Below are positions 38,856-53,284 of a stretch of DNA of 64,000 nucleotides, piece by piece. This stretch comes from Camelus dromedarius (taxonomy: Eukaryota). The notes beneath the pieces are model-generated. The model was not told where the DNA came from and did not search any database. It was given only the letters and a program-made list of their open reading frames with translations. Positions within the stretch are counted from its first letter, which is position 1, and the number at the start of each line of letters is the position of its first letter. Where the stretch lies: assembly GCF_036321535.1 (NCBI RefSeq), contig NC_087436.1, positions 58,530,001 to 58,594,000 on the forward strand, written 5' to 3'. The translations under genes and the position numbers were made by a program.

Positions 38856-41159
38856 ATTCAAACACAATACATGCAGAGGCACTCAGGTTACTTAATTAAT
38901 CAATATAAAACAGTTTGCACAGATCCTAGCACATAAATAGCATTCAATAAATATCACTTGTCATGTTTTGCATAATTATGATTAATAAATACAAATAAAA
39001 TAAATAAAAGATAATAATGCTCTCAGAGTTGGTCATGTGCCTTATTGAGGCATTTAGAAACAGCCATATGAAAGAATAAGTGATAGAACTGAAGAAAATC
39101 AAGCGCTGTTCTCATTCACCTTTTTTAGAGTCAATGCAGTAACTGGTAGAGAATACATATATAAAAAAATTGCTGTGTGAATGAGTGCCATGTCAGTGTC
39201 ATCTATTTGAAAAGCTATCATTTGCAAGTGGTAACCGATTAATGTATTCATGTACTGTGTGAAGGATAAAACTAGGGATTAAAATTAGTAGGAGGCAAAA
39301 TAAATATGAAAAAACAACACCTTGCATTCAACAAAAAGTATGGTATGTCCCATAAGCATGTGACCTCCCTTTATCAGCGTTGTTTTAAAAATGTCAACAG
39401 CTAGTAGTCAGGGATAAATAGATTCCTGTATTGGGTTGGAGCTTAGATGGAATAATCACAAAATTGTCATCAAGTTCTTTGATTCTATGCATTGTTTAAT
39501 AGTTACCACGTGCATAATGACACACACTAGTTTGTATGTTTAAGGTGATACTATCCAGACAGATACAACATACACATAATGAATTGATCCAGCAAAGTTT
39601 ACATTATAGTTTAATACTGTATATGCTACCTAGCAGAGCTATGGGCTCTGTCGAGGATGGGCTTATAGTCACTGCAGAATTCTCTAAGGCAAAGTGATTT
39701 TTCCAGTTGGATGCCTTTCGTGAAACTGATTTTATTAAGGAAGAGCTAAAGCCTCTTCAATGCAGACATTACTCTAAACTGCAAGAACTAGTTATATGCT
39801 AAAGCTATGTTTAAACAAATTCACATTTAAAAGTCCATGATACTTCAAAGTAAAGGCTAAGAAACTAGTGAAATACCCTTTTAAATTAAAAAAAAAAAAA
39901 AAAGAACAACAGCCTATTTTGAATTAGTAATGTAATTAAAATAGGAATATTTTTAGATTGTCAGTATTTCTTCACAGATGACCTTTGATTGTATAATCAA
40001 CCTTTATAGTGATAGTTCTAGAATGATTCTGGTAAAGCTCTTCTTCCTCAACTTAAAACTGCTCTAAATAAGTACTTCTTCCTGGAGATGATCTTTAAAG
40101 AAAAAAGCAAGGAGGAGGGTGTTTTGAAATTGTATGCTATCTTATTCCTCCCAAAGTTTGTTCATCCTCTTCCCTTTTCTAAATTCTGCTCAACTTTAAG
40201 AAGCAGCACAAGAGATATCACCTCCAAAGGGTTATTTTCTACTTGAACCTGCTACCATCACCAAACAGCATCAGATACTATTTCAATCTGACCCTTCAGC
40301 TCCTACAGTGTCTGCTGAATACACAAATATAATATCCATTTTGTTTAAATTTATTTGATATATTTTATCCTCCAGATTAATTTACCAGGGCTGATACTAA
40401 GTTGCCATTAGATGTTCAGATTTTTTTATTATTCATCTACTTCTCCATTCTCTCCCAAGGCAGTCACATCCATATCCACAGCTTCAATTATTCCTAGAGG
40501 CAGATTATCATTTCTTGAGCTGCAAGTAAAAGTGTTGGGGGTCTAAACCACATTCCTTTCCCCACATAGTTAAAAGCCAATTGAAAGACAATCATCTGAG
40601 AAAGACAAATGGAGGATTAAAATGTTAACTTTACTACAAGTAGCATGCTTAGAGTACAGGTTGTGTCTGTGACCAAACAGGCTTATAATATTATACCACA
40701 CATGAAAAGGACAGAGTGGTCTTTGTTGTCACAAGCAGGAAGGACAACTTCAAGCCTATCTCAAGCAGCAAAGACTCACCAAGTAAGCTCTTAGATTCTC
40801 TGGAGATAAGGATAAATACACTTACCCTACAAAAGAAAGAAAGAGAAAGACAGAAAGTGGACGAGAGGAAGAAGGAGAGACAGAATGACACAGAGAGAGT
40901 ATGCTTTGAGCAGTCTCTTCCTCCCAGATTATTAACCAGATAATCTTTCCACCTACACCACAGAGGCACGAGTGAAAATGTTAAGTCGAAAGGTTCAGCA
41001 TGTTATTGTTTAGGAAGTTTTTCCTCATAGAAATATGAGACCAGGGAAATGGAAGTTTACCACTAACACTACTTAGTTAACATGCCATTTATGGGGTCTC
41101 AATAAACATTAAACTAATGTCCTTTTGAGCTCAGGGGGAGTAGATCCAAACTCAGTGAA

Positions 41160-41925
41160 TGGTACCACCATCATCTAATTCAGTCAGTCAGAAATCTAGA
41201 TGTTATCCTTGACATAGTTTCTTCCTTGCTCTCTTTACAAAATCATTAGCAATTAATTTCTATCTTTTCCAATAATTAAACCAAAATCCACCTCCACTTC
41301 TCTCTGTTCATCATCGTTGTTCTTGACCACTCATCTACTTACATTACTATTAGCCCTCTCCAGTGTTTCCCCTATATTATAGCCAAAGTGACTTTAAAAA
41401 TGCAAATACAATCAGCTCACAGTATGACACTTCCACCCCATCCCTGTCCTGTGCCACAGTATTCAGTACCCTTTAGCAACCTAATGTGTTTAATAGTCTG
41501 TTCTTTACCTGTCATTCAGCCTCCTCATGTACCTTCTCCTTTTCATTCAGCCCACAGCCATTCTGGCCTTCCTTAACTTACTACATTCGCCAAACCCAGT
41601 CCTGCCATGGAGCCAATGAACATGCTCATTGCTATCAATTACATTTATTTTTCAGATTTCAACTCAGTCATTGCTTCTTCAGAGAAGCATCTCTGACCAC
41701 TAAGACTACCTTAGAATCCTCCATTATACAATACAGTAGCTCCATGTATTACTCCTTATCATATATAACGCAATTTTGTACTTTGTTAATTATTTGATTC
41801 ACACCCACCACCACGTATTAGACTACAGGCTCTACAATAGTGTTTAACATGACAACAGTAGAATGCTACTGTATCTAGAGCTTAGTACATACCTGCCACT
41901 GGAAAAAACATTTGTTGAATTGTTA
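41160..41925 (+). mobile_element. L2 fragment
   Basis: 'agaaatctagatgttatccttgac', 'ttcttcagagaagcatctctgaccac', end 'tacctgccactgg...atttgttgaat'. Confidence 0.7.
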
Positions 41926-44189
41926 TAATCACTGTACCTTTATCTTTCTACTACAATTATATACTCTACTAGAACGCGAGTTCCTTGAGTAGGTGTTTTA
42001 TTTTCCCTACTTGAATTCTTATTATTTCTCTATTAGAATTATTTATTACTTATCAGTCTTAATTCTGTCAGTAGTTGTTAATATGAAATACAATAAATAA
42101 AAACCAAAAAATGATAATAAAGCCATTTGTTCAAGACAATCTGGTGAATTGTCTTCATTGTAATGTTTCAGAAAATGTTATTCTCAAATCATTTTCGTAA
42201 GATTTATATATTCTCTATTATATATGCTTAGAATTTTCAAATGTATAATACATTTCAAATCCAATTTATATTAGTTATAGAAGCATATCATTGTGTATCC
42301 TTTTACTTTTATCAAAGGAACAATTTATTTCATTATCACATCGGCATTAATAAATCAGTTAACAATTATTTTTATTGACTCTTTCAGCAATAAAATGATG
42401 TATCTTTGCTATAGAGTTTAGGCCAATTTACTATACATGAGATAATGTACATTAAAGTAATTTATTAACAATAAAATGATGGAGGAAAGTGAGTTACTGC
42501 TAATAGCAACTATTTCTGGTAGGATATATCAGCAATGATATGTAAATAAATACATGAAAATGTTTATAAGTCAGAAATTGCTTTTTATTTGAAAAAAGTT
42601 ATGAAAGACAATGTTATGGGTTAAGGATGACTCACTTAATTTATCTTGTTCTTTCCCATTAAAAAATAAGGCAGGGTAAAAAGCATTCTCTGGCTATCCT
42701 AACAAACCTCTTGTCTATGATATCCTGATACAAACATGAATGAAAAAGGTTTTTATTTTATGAAATAATGAATCCTGAGACACAACATCATGACACTACA
42801 ATCAAACCTTGAGATTATAAATTTATGTTTTAATTGTAATTGGAAAATATAGCATTTAGTGAGTTTTTTCCTATATAAATATGAGTCTTGGACTTAACCC
42901 TATACATAGTTAATAATGAAAATAAATGCTAAAATAATATTCTACTAATAGAAACTAAATCTGAAAAGAAATCTCCATGCAGAACGTACATGCTTTAATA
43001 TAGAATTTATAACCCAGATGAACCCTGAGGACATCAAGGTATTTCTAAGGAGAAGTTACTTTCTAGATTAACTGTCCACAATCAAAAGTTTGTCTTTGTT
43101 CCAGCTTCCAGGAAAGCTCATAACTGTCACTGATACCATCAGCCACAGGATGAATTCAGCATTGACCTACCCTCTTGCTTGTCTCCAGCTCAGATTCCAT
43201 GTAGTGTTTATCCCTTCATTTATCTCAGATGATATCCAAACAATATGTTAACTCAACTGCTTCTTCATTTATTTTTTATTTTTTGCTTTTCTTTAGGTAA
43301 TATTTACCCTGAAAAACTCCAAATATGCATTGATATAATCATCTATCTTCCTACCCAAATACTGAAGGCCCCTGAAGAAAAATCACAAAAGTTTTGCAGA
43401 TTTGCATCCCACAATTTCAATGTGTCCAGCCTCATTTTCTGAATCTTCAGGACTGCCTGACAATCCTAGTATATATTCTAGTCAGCTTCTTCTTTTGTCC
43501 CAAAAGCAGCTGTTCTTAACTTTCATCATTCTAATAAAATCTTACCTTCACACTAGCTATTGTCTTGGATTGAGGCATTATTTTACACTTCACTGAGAAA
43601 AAAGAGAGCATGATACAGCAACTTTCTCAACTTATGTTCTAGAGTCTACAAATTTACTTTTTTATGATGTCAAGCTTCTGTTACATATTACCAGTCTAGG
43701 GGTAAAGCTATTCTACTTATCAAATGATCTGATTCCTATTTTGTTATATATTTTCAATCTTCCTCTATAGTTTTTTTTTTTAAATTGTGATCTTATTATA
43801 ACCAGTTTTTCATCTAACCTTAACAAGCCTTTTGGAATCCTACACAATCACTTTCCATATATAAATGCCTTAAATAGCAGCATCCTTCAAGATGTAATTT
43901 TTGTTTCTGTAAATTTTTTGTTGTTTTATCACTTTGGGTACTGTTTCTTCCTTTTTGATTTATGTTTCATGTCTTATCTTTCTCCTGTGGCCCACATCTA
44001 AAATCCTACTACAGACTTGGATAATGCATTGGCACCATAAACTCAAGGTCTTCATCTAAACTTCTTGAATTCTTCTTTTATCTCCTCCATCATTAGGGTC
44101 ATCAAGTCTCAGCCTAGCCGTTCAGTCTTCCCGTGAACTAGATCATTCTTTGCCTAATACACATAGTTTAATTTCAATCCAATTTATTT

Positions 44190-44700
44190 TAAACCCATTC
44201 ACAAACAACAAAAATACAGGGAATACTTTGTTAGGAATACAGAGATGAATGAGCCACATGCCTCTTCTCAAGAGACTAATATAAATTTAGTAAAATGTAA
44301 TGTAATAAACATAAAAATACACATGTGCGCAAGATAAAGAGAAAATACAGAAGAACATCAGAAGTAAAACAAAGAAATGTTCCCTAGGATTGTCAAGAAA
44401 ATAATGTCTGAAAGTAATGACCTTCAATTTGGGTTGTGAAGGTCACATAGGATTTGCTCCAGTGAACAAAGGAGAGGAGGACATTTATTACAGACAAAGG
44501 GAACACAAGTGTAAAGAAATAAACGTCTGAAATGCCAGGGTGTGTTTGTTGACCTATAAGCAATGCAGTGCTTCTGCCTTGTAAAGTTCAACAAGGTGTG
44601 TAGATGGGCTAATAATGATGCCAAATAGGATGGCAGAAATGAGTAGTTATTGTTATACAAATTTTCAGTTAATAAGGTTTAAGTATAATAAATCAAGCTG
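44190..44700 (-). mobile_element. L2 fragment
   Basis: 'aggaatacagagatgaatgagccacatgcctcttctcaagag' and 'acagacaaagggaacacaagtgtaaag'. Confidence 0.6.
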
Positions 44701-45752
44701 AAAGTAGAGAAGAATAAGATGTAATTAACTCATAAAATAACTTAGAAACAAAAATAAAATTGGTGTAGATGATAAATGAAAATCTTTTGAGGTTAAATAA
44801 GAGATATATAAAAATGGTAGAGCAACATAGAAAGCATTATCTAGGGCAGAAAAATGATGTAGTTCTTTTCTTTTTTTCTTTTCCTTTGCTTCTATATTTT
44901 CAGGATTAGGAGATTAAGAAAAACGTATTAAAATTTCTATAATTTATATGGTAAAGAAATAATTTGATTTTATGATGAAACACAAATACTCTTCTTAAAT
45001 ACATAATAAATTAGCACATAGTTTAGTTTCCAGTTTAGAAGTGGCTCTTATTTCAATACTGAACTGTAAGTAAAAATTCTAACATACTTCCTGAAAGAAT
45101 CAAAGTCTAATGATGGTTACTTTTCTAGGCTACCTCACAAGAGCCAATTTAAAACACACACACAAATAGGGCATTTTATATTAGCAATAAAAATAGAAAA
45201 TTGAGATTTTTAGTGGGTATATGATGGATACTGAATTTGCCCTAGATCTGAAAATTTGGAGGAAGCAAAGAGAATAAATATACCATACTATACAATGTAC
45301 AAATTTATTACATATAAAATGCCTCATTACATTTTGAAACAATAAACGAAAATCCTCACAACATAGCATGTGAAAAGTTTTCTTTAAGTAAACGTATTAA
45401 AAATCAAGAAAAGAAGGAAATTATGGTAAGATGAAAGACGACAGAAGAACAAGTTAAAAGCACTGCAAGTTTCACAAGCCTCTATCTTCTTAATGTTTCG
45501 ACAGAAAAACCCTCAAGGTCTATTTTGTAAAAAAATTTGAAGTGAGGTTTGGTGTCAAATGAAAGAAGTTCAGGTATACGATTTTCTGCCGAAATGGATG
45601 AGTCAGTAATTTTTTTACTTGCTAGAGAAATAGCCAAACTAATGCTGATATTAATAATAGATACGCACTCACCACATACTAAAACCTATGCTGAGAAGAC
45701 ATGAATTGCACTTCTTCAGTTCTTATAACAATCCTGGGAAGTAGGTAACATA

Positions 45753-46093
45753 CAGCTATAAATGCTGAGCTACAATTCTGAAATCCAAAAACAGAGTAAA
45801 AATCAAAAGTTGTTTCTGTTGTTTGTTGTTTTTTCATAAATCTGACACATAAGCCCTTTTGGTGGCAAATATTGACCTGAACTGAGGTAAGGCTATCTAT
45901 AATTTCCATTTATTCCACTGAGAGTGACTATCAGTATGTTTCTTTGCAAAATGTACAGGGTCCTGCTGCAGGCCTGCTAATGTTATTATATTTTGAATAG
46001 ATATTTATAATATTACCTTTCTAAAAATCCAATATTTCTGAATTCTGAAACATATCTGCCCCTAAGAGCTTCAGATAAAGGACTGTTAACCTG
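45753..46093 (-). mobile_element. Tigger-type (Tc1/mariner) MITE inserted in a MIR
   Basis: TA|CAG...CTG|TA ends; subterminal 'ttctgaattctgaaacatatctgcccctaagagcttcagataaaggactg' and 'caattctgaaatccaaaaa'; MIR halves on both sides. Confidence 0.75.
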
Positions 46094-46095
46094 TA

Positions 46096-46222
46096 TTGCT
46101 ATATGCATCTCATAAATGAAATGAGAGGCCCAAGATCACAAACCTGAAATGTGCTAAAGGTAGGATTTGAATCCAGGTGTGACTTCAGGGTTCAAGCTCT
46201 TAACCATTATGTATATTGCCTG
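46096..46222 (-). mobile_element. MIR (right half; left half at ~45715-45750)
   Basis: 'gcccaagatcaca...ggatttgaatccaggtgtgacttcagggttcaagctcttaaccattatg'. Confidence 0.75.
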
Positions 46223-47362
46223 TGTACAAAAATTGTGTCTCTAGGATTTCAGCTCTGTAAAACCAGAGATTTTGACTAATTCGTTCAAATTGGGTTTTCC
46301 AATGCCCAGAACAGTACTTGGTGATTCACTGCACACAAAATTGTTAAGCAATAAATGTTCATGGATGCAAGAATTATATCTCTCAATGGTGCTTTTTGTA
46401 GATATTGATGTACAGTAACTTCAAAATATAGTCCCTAACAAGGATAACCAACCTGTGTTACAGTTACATGCACTGCCCTGTTTTAACAGTCAATAAAGGT
46501 GATACAATACTAAATCTCAATGTGAAGCAAAGAGCCTAATGAGAATATATGCCCAAATAGAAGCCCACCTCCTACACAAACAGATGGAGCTGAAACGCTT
46601 TCGAGGATAGATCAAAGATGGTTCTCAGAAAGTCATGTGGGGTCACTGTAACACCTTAAGTTAATCAGCATGGCGCAAAGATATGTCACAATTAGCAAAG
46701 CCTGGAAATAGGCTAAAGGGCTATACAGGTTTGGATGTAACACTTGTATTTTCTTATAAAATGAATTTGAGGATCTAATAAATTAGAGTGGCCGTACACA
46801 GAACATGTTCTTATTATAGCCAAATCCTGCTTTTCTCTTTATAAGGGGTGTTGATGGGAGAGAAAAGCCAGTGTGATACCAAAGGGCAAAATGACACAGC
46901 AAAGGTTCCACCAAATGAACAAAGAAAAAGACCAGCACTGATTGTGATCAGGACACAGCCCCTTGAACAAATCCTAAGTATGCCACTGTAATTCTTTCCT
47001 TTTTCTCAGAATCTCTGCTAAACCTGAATATATAAGGAGTTTTATATTCACCTAAATAAATTATTGGATCAGTTTCATTTATTTTAAAACACAGACAGAT
47101 ATACAATATGTTCATTATGTGCATTTTTATCTTATGTTGAACATTAGGTCCCATTTTTACGTATTATTGATATTTTGCTATACTAGGAGTTCATATCTAT
47201 TAAAAATTCAAGTTCCTGAATGTTCTGTAGTCCCAATTTTGAGAAACTGTCTGAAATGGTGACTTGTAAATTCACCAACAAAATTAACAATTTCTCGTCA
47301 TGTCTCCACCATGAATTTTAAGATGAGTGATATAATGTTTCAGAATGCATTAAATATCCATA

Positions 47363-49726
47363 CAGATATATCTCATTTCATTATGCTTTGCTTTATTGTG
47401 CTTTGCTGATATTGCATTTTTTCACAAATTGAAGGTTTGGGGCAACCTTGCATAAAGCAAGCCTATCAGCGCCATTTTCCAATATCATTTGCTCACGTTG
47501 TGTCTCTGTGTCTTATTTTGGTAATCTTTGCAACATTTCAAGCTGTTTCATCATTTTTATATTTGTTAACAGTGATCTTTGATGTTACTATGTAATTATC
47601 TGGGGGCACCACAAAGCATGCCAGCATAAGATGATGAAATTAATCAATAAATGTGTGTGTTCAGATTGCTCCAATGACCAGCCATTTCCCTGTCTCTCTC
47701 TCTCTCTTTAGGTCTCCTTATTCCCTCAGACACAATGACATTGAACTTAGGACAACTAAGAAGCCTACAATGACATCTAAGTATTCAAGTGAAATCAGGA
47801 AGCATTTCAAGTCTCTCACTTCAAATCAAAAACTAGAAATGATTAAGTGTATTTTTGTACTGTACTGGTCAGAAGCTGAGGTAAGCCAAAAGCGAGGCCT
47901 CTTGCACCGGTTAGACAAGTTGTGAATGCAAAGGAAAAGTTCTTGACTGGAATTAGGAGTGTTACTCCTGCAAACACACAAGTGATAAGAAAGCAAAACA
48001 GTCTCACTGTTGATATGGAGAAAGTTTTAGTCGTCTGAATACATGATCAAACCAGCCACAACATTCCCTCAAACCAAAGCCTAACCCGGAGCAAGGCTCT
48101 ATCTCTTCAATTCCATGAAGGCTAAGAGAAGTGAGAAAGCTGCAGAAGAAAAGCTGGAAATTAGCTGAGATTGATTAATGAGGTTTAAGGAAAGACCACC
48201 TCCATAACATAGAAGGGCAAGGTGACGCAGCAAGTGCTGATGTAGAAGCCACAACAAGTTACGCAGAAGATCTAGCTAAGATCATTTATGAAGATGGCTA
48301 CACTAAACAACAGATTTTCAGTGTAGACAAAACAGCCTTGTGTTGGAAGGAGATGCCATCTAGGACCTCATAGCTAGAAAGGAGAAGTCAATGCCTGACT
48401 TCAAAGCTTCAAAGGACAGGCTGACTTGTCTTGTTAGAGACTAATGCAAATGGCGACTTTAAGCTGAAGCCAATGCTCATTTTCCGTTCTGAAAATCCTA
48501 GGGCCTCAAATTATGCCAAATCTACTCAACTTGTGCTCCATAAATGAAAGAACAAAGCCTGGATGACAACACATTTGTTACAACATGATTTCCTGAATAT
48601 TTTAAGTCCATGTTAAGACCTACTACTCAGAAAAAAATACCTCTTACAAAGGGTATTTGGAATGCATCTGTCAACAAAGAGCTCTGATGTAGATGTGCAA
48701 CGATATTCATGCTGTTTTCAGGCCTGCTAACACAACATCCATTCTTCAGCCCATGGATCAAGAAGTCATTTCAAATTTCAAGTCTTGTTATTTAAGAAAT
48801 ACATTTCATAACAGTAAAGCAGCCATAGAAAGTAGTTCCTCTGATGGATCTAGGCAAAGTCAATTGAAAACTTTCTGGAAAGTATTCACCATTCTAAGTG
48901 CCATTAAGAACATTCATGATTCAAGGTCAAAATGTCAATATTTCTGGAGTTTGAAAGAAGCTGATCCCAATATTCATGGATGACTTTAAGGGGTTCAAGA
49001 CTTCAGTGGAGGAAGGAACTGCAGATGCAGTGGAAATAGCAAGAGAACTAGAATTTGGAGCCTGAAGATGAGACTGAATTGCTGCAATCTCATGATAAAC
49101 CTTTAATGGATGAGGAGTTTCTTCTTACAGAGGAGCAAAGAAAGTGGTTTCTTAAGATGGAATCTATTTCTGATAAAGATACTGTGAAGACTGTTGAAAC
49201 AACAACAAAGGACTTAGAATATTACATAAACTTAGTCGATAAAGCAGTGACAATGTTTGAGATGATTAACTCCAATTTCCAAATAAGTTCTACTGTGGGT
49301 AAAATGTTATCAAACAGCGCATGCTACAGGGGGATGGCTCCTGTAAGGAAAAGTCAATCAATGAGGCAAACCTCATTGTTGCCGTTTTAAAAACCTGTCA
49401 CAGCCACCCCAACCTTTAGCAACCTCCACCCTGATCAGTCAGCAGCCATCAACATCTAGGCAAGAGCCTCTACCAGCAAAAAATTGTAACTCATTGAAGG
49501 CTCAGATGATGCTTAGTATTTTTTAGCAATTAAGTATTTTTCAATTAAGGTATGAACATTGCTTTCTTAGACATAATGCGATTTCACACTTAACAGACTA
49601 CAGTATAGTGTAGACATAACTTTCATATGCACTGACAAGCCAGAAAATTTGTGACTCGCTTTATTGCAACATTCACTTTACTATGGTAGTCTGGAACCAA
49701 ACCAGCAATATCTCAAAGTATGCCTA
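47363..49726 (+). mobile_element. Near full-length Tigger1 DNA transposon with disrupted pogo-like transposase
   Basis: TA-flanked degenerate TIRs (cagatatatctc... / ...aaagtatgccta). Transposase fragments include KSLTSNQKLEMIK (HTH), [26 protein letters not shown] (DDE domain) and [25 protein letters not shown]. Confidence 0.96.
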
Positions 49727-50277
49727 TAAATCAAATATGCTACCGACATAGAATATACTATAGCATTCTTGAAAGTTAATCTGCAGGTCTCTAGTATTGT
49801 TGGAGAGTGTGTGTAGCTTCCTTAGAGGGCCCTCCTTAAAAGAATGAGAAATATATTAAGTGAAACTGGAAAGGCAATTCTATGACAGCTAGAGGAAAGA
49901 AGGCTCCCTTGCTCTCTCCATGGCACTGCTCCTATAGCATACTTCCTTTTTGGCACAGTAACCACAAATCATATAATAAAGAAAAATACAAGAAGAATTG
50001 AAGAGGGAAAAAAAATCAAATAAGGAAATATAGTGTGAAGGAATGGCATAAAGACAAAATAAAGGTTAAAAAGAAATAATTAGATAGGAATAAGGGACAT
50101 AAAACCCTAAAAGATACAGACACTGACAGAAAAACTAGAGGAGAATGGGACAAAAGACATCCTCTAAAAGCAATTATGATATATTAAAATCACAAAAGTT
50201 GTCAAGACTAAGATAAAAAACTAAAATTCAGAAGATTTAAACTTGGAAAATTTTCACATTTAAGAGACAGAGGATTA

Positions 50278-50470
50278 AGAATGATAGAACTACCATATGA
50301 TCCTGCAATTCCCCATATGCATAGCACCATTATTCCCAACTGCCAAGATATGGAAGACCTCAGTGTCCATCAAAGGATGAATGGATAAAGAAGCTGTGGT
50401 ATATTTATACAATGGAATAGTACTCAGTCATTAAAAGGAATGAAATTTTGCCATTTACAGCAACATGTTA
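50278..50470 (+). mobile_element. LINE-1 ORF2-end fragment
   Basis: 'atagaactaccatatgatcctgcaattcc', 'gccaagatatggaag', 'gatgaatggataaagaag', 'gaaattttgccatttacagcaacatg'. Confidence 0.85.
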
Positions 50471-51134
50471 ATTTAGAAATTGAACTGATGAATGATTTGT
50501 CCCTATCCCTATCCTGCCAAATTTTTCTGATCTTTCATTTGTATTGTTTCCAACATCTCCTAGTTCCTCAAGGTTAAGTTAATAAGGCATAACAGAAAGT
50601 GCATTAGAGTAAGGGGCCGAGTGACGGACCCCATGAAGAGATCCAACTTTCCCACCTCATTAGAATACTGGGTCAGAGAACATAAAGGGGTCACATCTGA
50701 AGCTAAACCTTAGAGTTTGATGTGTTTCTCTGCCTTAAGCCCCAGCTGTTAATCTCAAAGTCCTTTTTTTCCTAGCCAAATCTTGGCCAGTATACTGCCC
50801 ACATCTGACAGTGATACTGTTCTTCACCCAAGGACTGTGTGTAGTGGTGGAAGGATTCAGGAGGGGACAGGAAAAGAGAAGAATGCCTGCTAAATGATAC
50901 AAAAAGGAGAAAAATTCAAAATTTATTTGGAGAAATATCCAACCCTCATTGCAGGAAATTCTTAATATTATCCATCTATTTATATGTTGGGTGATTGTTC
51001 AACTCTTATATGTAGGGTGGTACTAAGTAACTGCCCAACTGGCCTGCAACTTATTCAGGCTTTATCTTTATGTATATATAAGCAAATACAATCCACATAA
51101 GGAGTCATTAGTCATGTTCACTGAATATTCTCTT

Positions 51135-51137
<3 letters not shown>

Positions 51138-51181
<44 letters not shown>
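51138..51181. repeat. (CA)22 microsatellite
   Basis: Seen directly. Confidence 0.98.
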
Positions 51182-51185
<4 letters not shown>

Positions 51186-52414
51186 CCCATGCCCTTCTTT
51201 TGTTAACTTCTAGGTATGTTTCTGGAGGTAAAGAAATCTTGCTCAGGTGAATTATGAAGAATTCCATGGCTTTGCCAAGTTCTCGGTCTCATTAATTTAT
51301 GTTTCTTTTCAAATTACCAGCACTTTTTCTAACCAGCAAACTTCTAATGCCAGGATTAACAGCAGGTCAGTGTGTGCTTGGCTGTGAAAAGGGAGAAAAT
51401 TGTTCTGCTATCTTTTTAAAAAATTAAAGAAAATACAGATTTAATAACAATACATTATATATGATATGGAAACTTTGTGGATGCTAATCTATACTACTTT
51501 ATTTACATGAAAAGCTACTTAATTATGAAAGATTAGTATTGACTTCATTTGTTTCCTGAACAGAAAGCTTAGATGTAAGACTATTTGGTTGGAAAAAGAA
51601 GACCAGACAACCCTCTTACTTTTGAGGAAAGAAAGTTCTTCCCAAGGCAAAATATTCCCATCATTTGTATATAATGTTCTCCCTTTTTCTGTCTCAAGGC
51701 CAGGATTCTTGTGCACATTTTTAAAAATCTAATTATTATGCTTACATCACTGGGTGTTAGTAACACAACAATGATGGTGACTTGTTTAACTTTGACTTTT
51801 GAGCACTTCTAAGACAAAAGACCTGAAATTTACAGGAAAAAATAAGTCTTTATTATTTTGAAATTATTTAACTTATTATTTTTATACAATGTATAATTTA
51901 TATCTCCTTCCATTTCTAAAAAGGACTGAAAGTGCTCTACCAAATTTAGTGGAAATATAACCTCATGAAACATTTTCATATGCTGAAATACTTTCTGTAT
52001 CTCTGAATATAAGCTATGACTTACTTTTTAGTTGAGAGTCAGGGACATTTTTATCCTAGTCAAAATGCTTCTCCTTATATATTGCTATGCTGAAATTCTA
52101 CACATACTAGAATATGAACTATTGTACAGACATCTGAGACACTAAGTTAAAAAGACCTTGTACTCAATAGCACAGAGCAGAGAAAGAACTACATGAGTAT
52201 ACTGAATTACTTAATACCTTTTATAAGTTTTTTTTAAATTTTACTCTTTTCCTTTTCTACATATAACACTTATCAAAATTTATAATTATGTAATTACATA
52301 TATGGTTATTAGTTCAATGTCTGTCCTCTCTAATAGAAACATCAGTTCCATGAAAACAGTGATCATTTATAATTAATTGTATAAATAAATAAAACTGACA
52401 TTTTGTAGTCATTA

Positions 52415-52910
52415 AAAATGTACCAGACACAGTTTTAAGTACTTAAACACATTAACTCATTTAATTTTCATAACAGCCCTATTATCATTATTTGTACTTC
52501 GCAAAGGAAGAATAGAATGAACTTAATTAACTAACCCAAAGTCCAATTGCTGGGAAGTTTGGGGGCCACTCTTTAAACCTAGGCAATTCCCTAGCACTGT
52601 CATTTGTGTTTTTTTTTTTTTTTTTTAATTGGAATATAGTCAGTTACAATATGTCAGTTTCTGGTGTACAGTATAATGTCCCGGTCATGCATTTACATAT
52701 GTATATTCGTTTTAATACTCTTCTTCATTAAAGGTTATTACAAGATATTGAATATAGATCCTTGTGCTATACAGAAGAAATTTGTTTTTATCGATTTTTA
52801 TATATAATGGTTAACATTTGCAAATCTCAAACACCCAAATTTATCCCTTCCCACCTCCTTTCCCTCAGACATAGTAAACAATCATTTGTGTTCTTAACCA
52901 CTATGTTACT
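52415..52910 (-). mobile_element. MIR split by a young L1 insertion
   Basis: 'tgtaccagacacagttttaagtactt...aactcatttaattttcataacagccct' resumes after the L1 as 'tgtgttcttaaccactatg'. Confidence 0.7.
52611..52881 (-). mobile_element. Young (camelid-type) L1 3' end with 11-bp TSD
   Basis: Poly(T) to 52626; antisense L1 3' UTR 'ttgaatatagatccttgtgctatacagaagaaa'; TSD tcatttgtgtt at 52600-52610 and 52882-52892. Confidence 0.92.
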
Positions 52911-52924
52911 TGGCTTGTTTACAA

Positions 52925-53095
52925 GTGGGCTCTAGAATCAGACTGCGTTTTTGAACTCTAGCCCCACTCCTTATCAACACAGTGACTTAGGGAAAGTTAT
53001 TTAACCCTATGTTTCCTTTTGGAAAAAAATTATATAAAATATCTACCACAAATAATTGGTTGTAAAATTAAATGTCATTATTTAGAAATGCCCAG
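52925..53095 (+). mobile_element. MIR fragment
   Basis: 'gggctctagaatcagactgc...gtgacttagggaaagttatttaacc'. Confidence 0.7.
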
Positions 53096-53284
53096 CTCCT
53101 AATACCATACTGGCTTCATTGCATGTATCCAAAAAATATTTGTTGCATGAATGAAGGCAAAATTACTATATAAACTACAAGTAATATATCCTTCCTAGTA
53201 TATTTCTTTGTTTGCTTGCTCATTTATTTATTTTTTAACCTATTATTAAATTGCAATAATCAACTCCTTTGGGGAAAGAATTGT

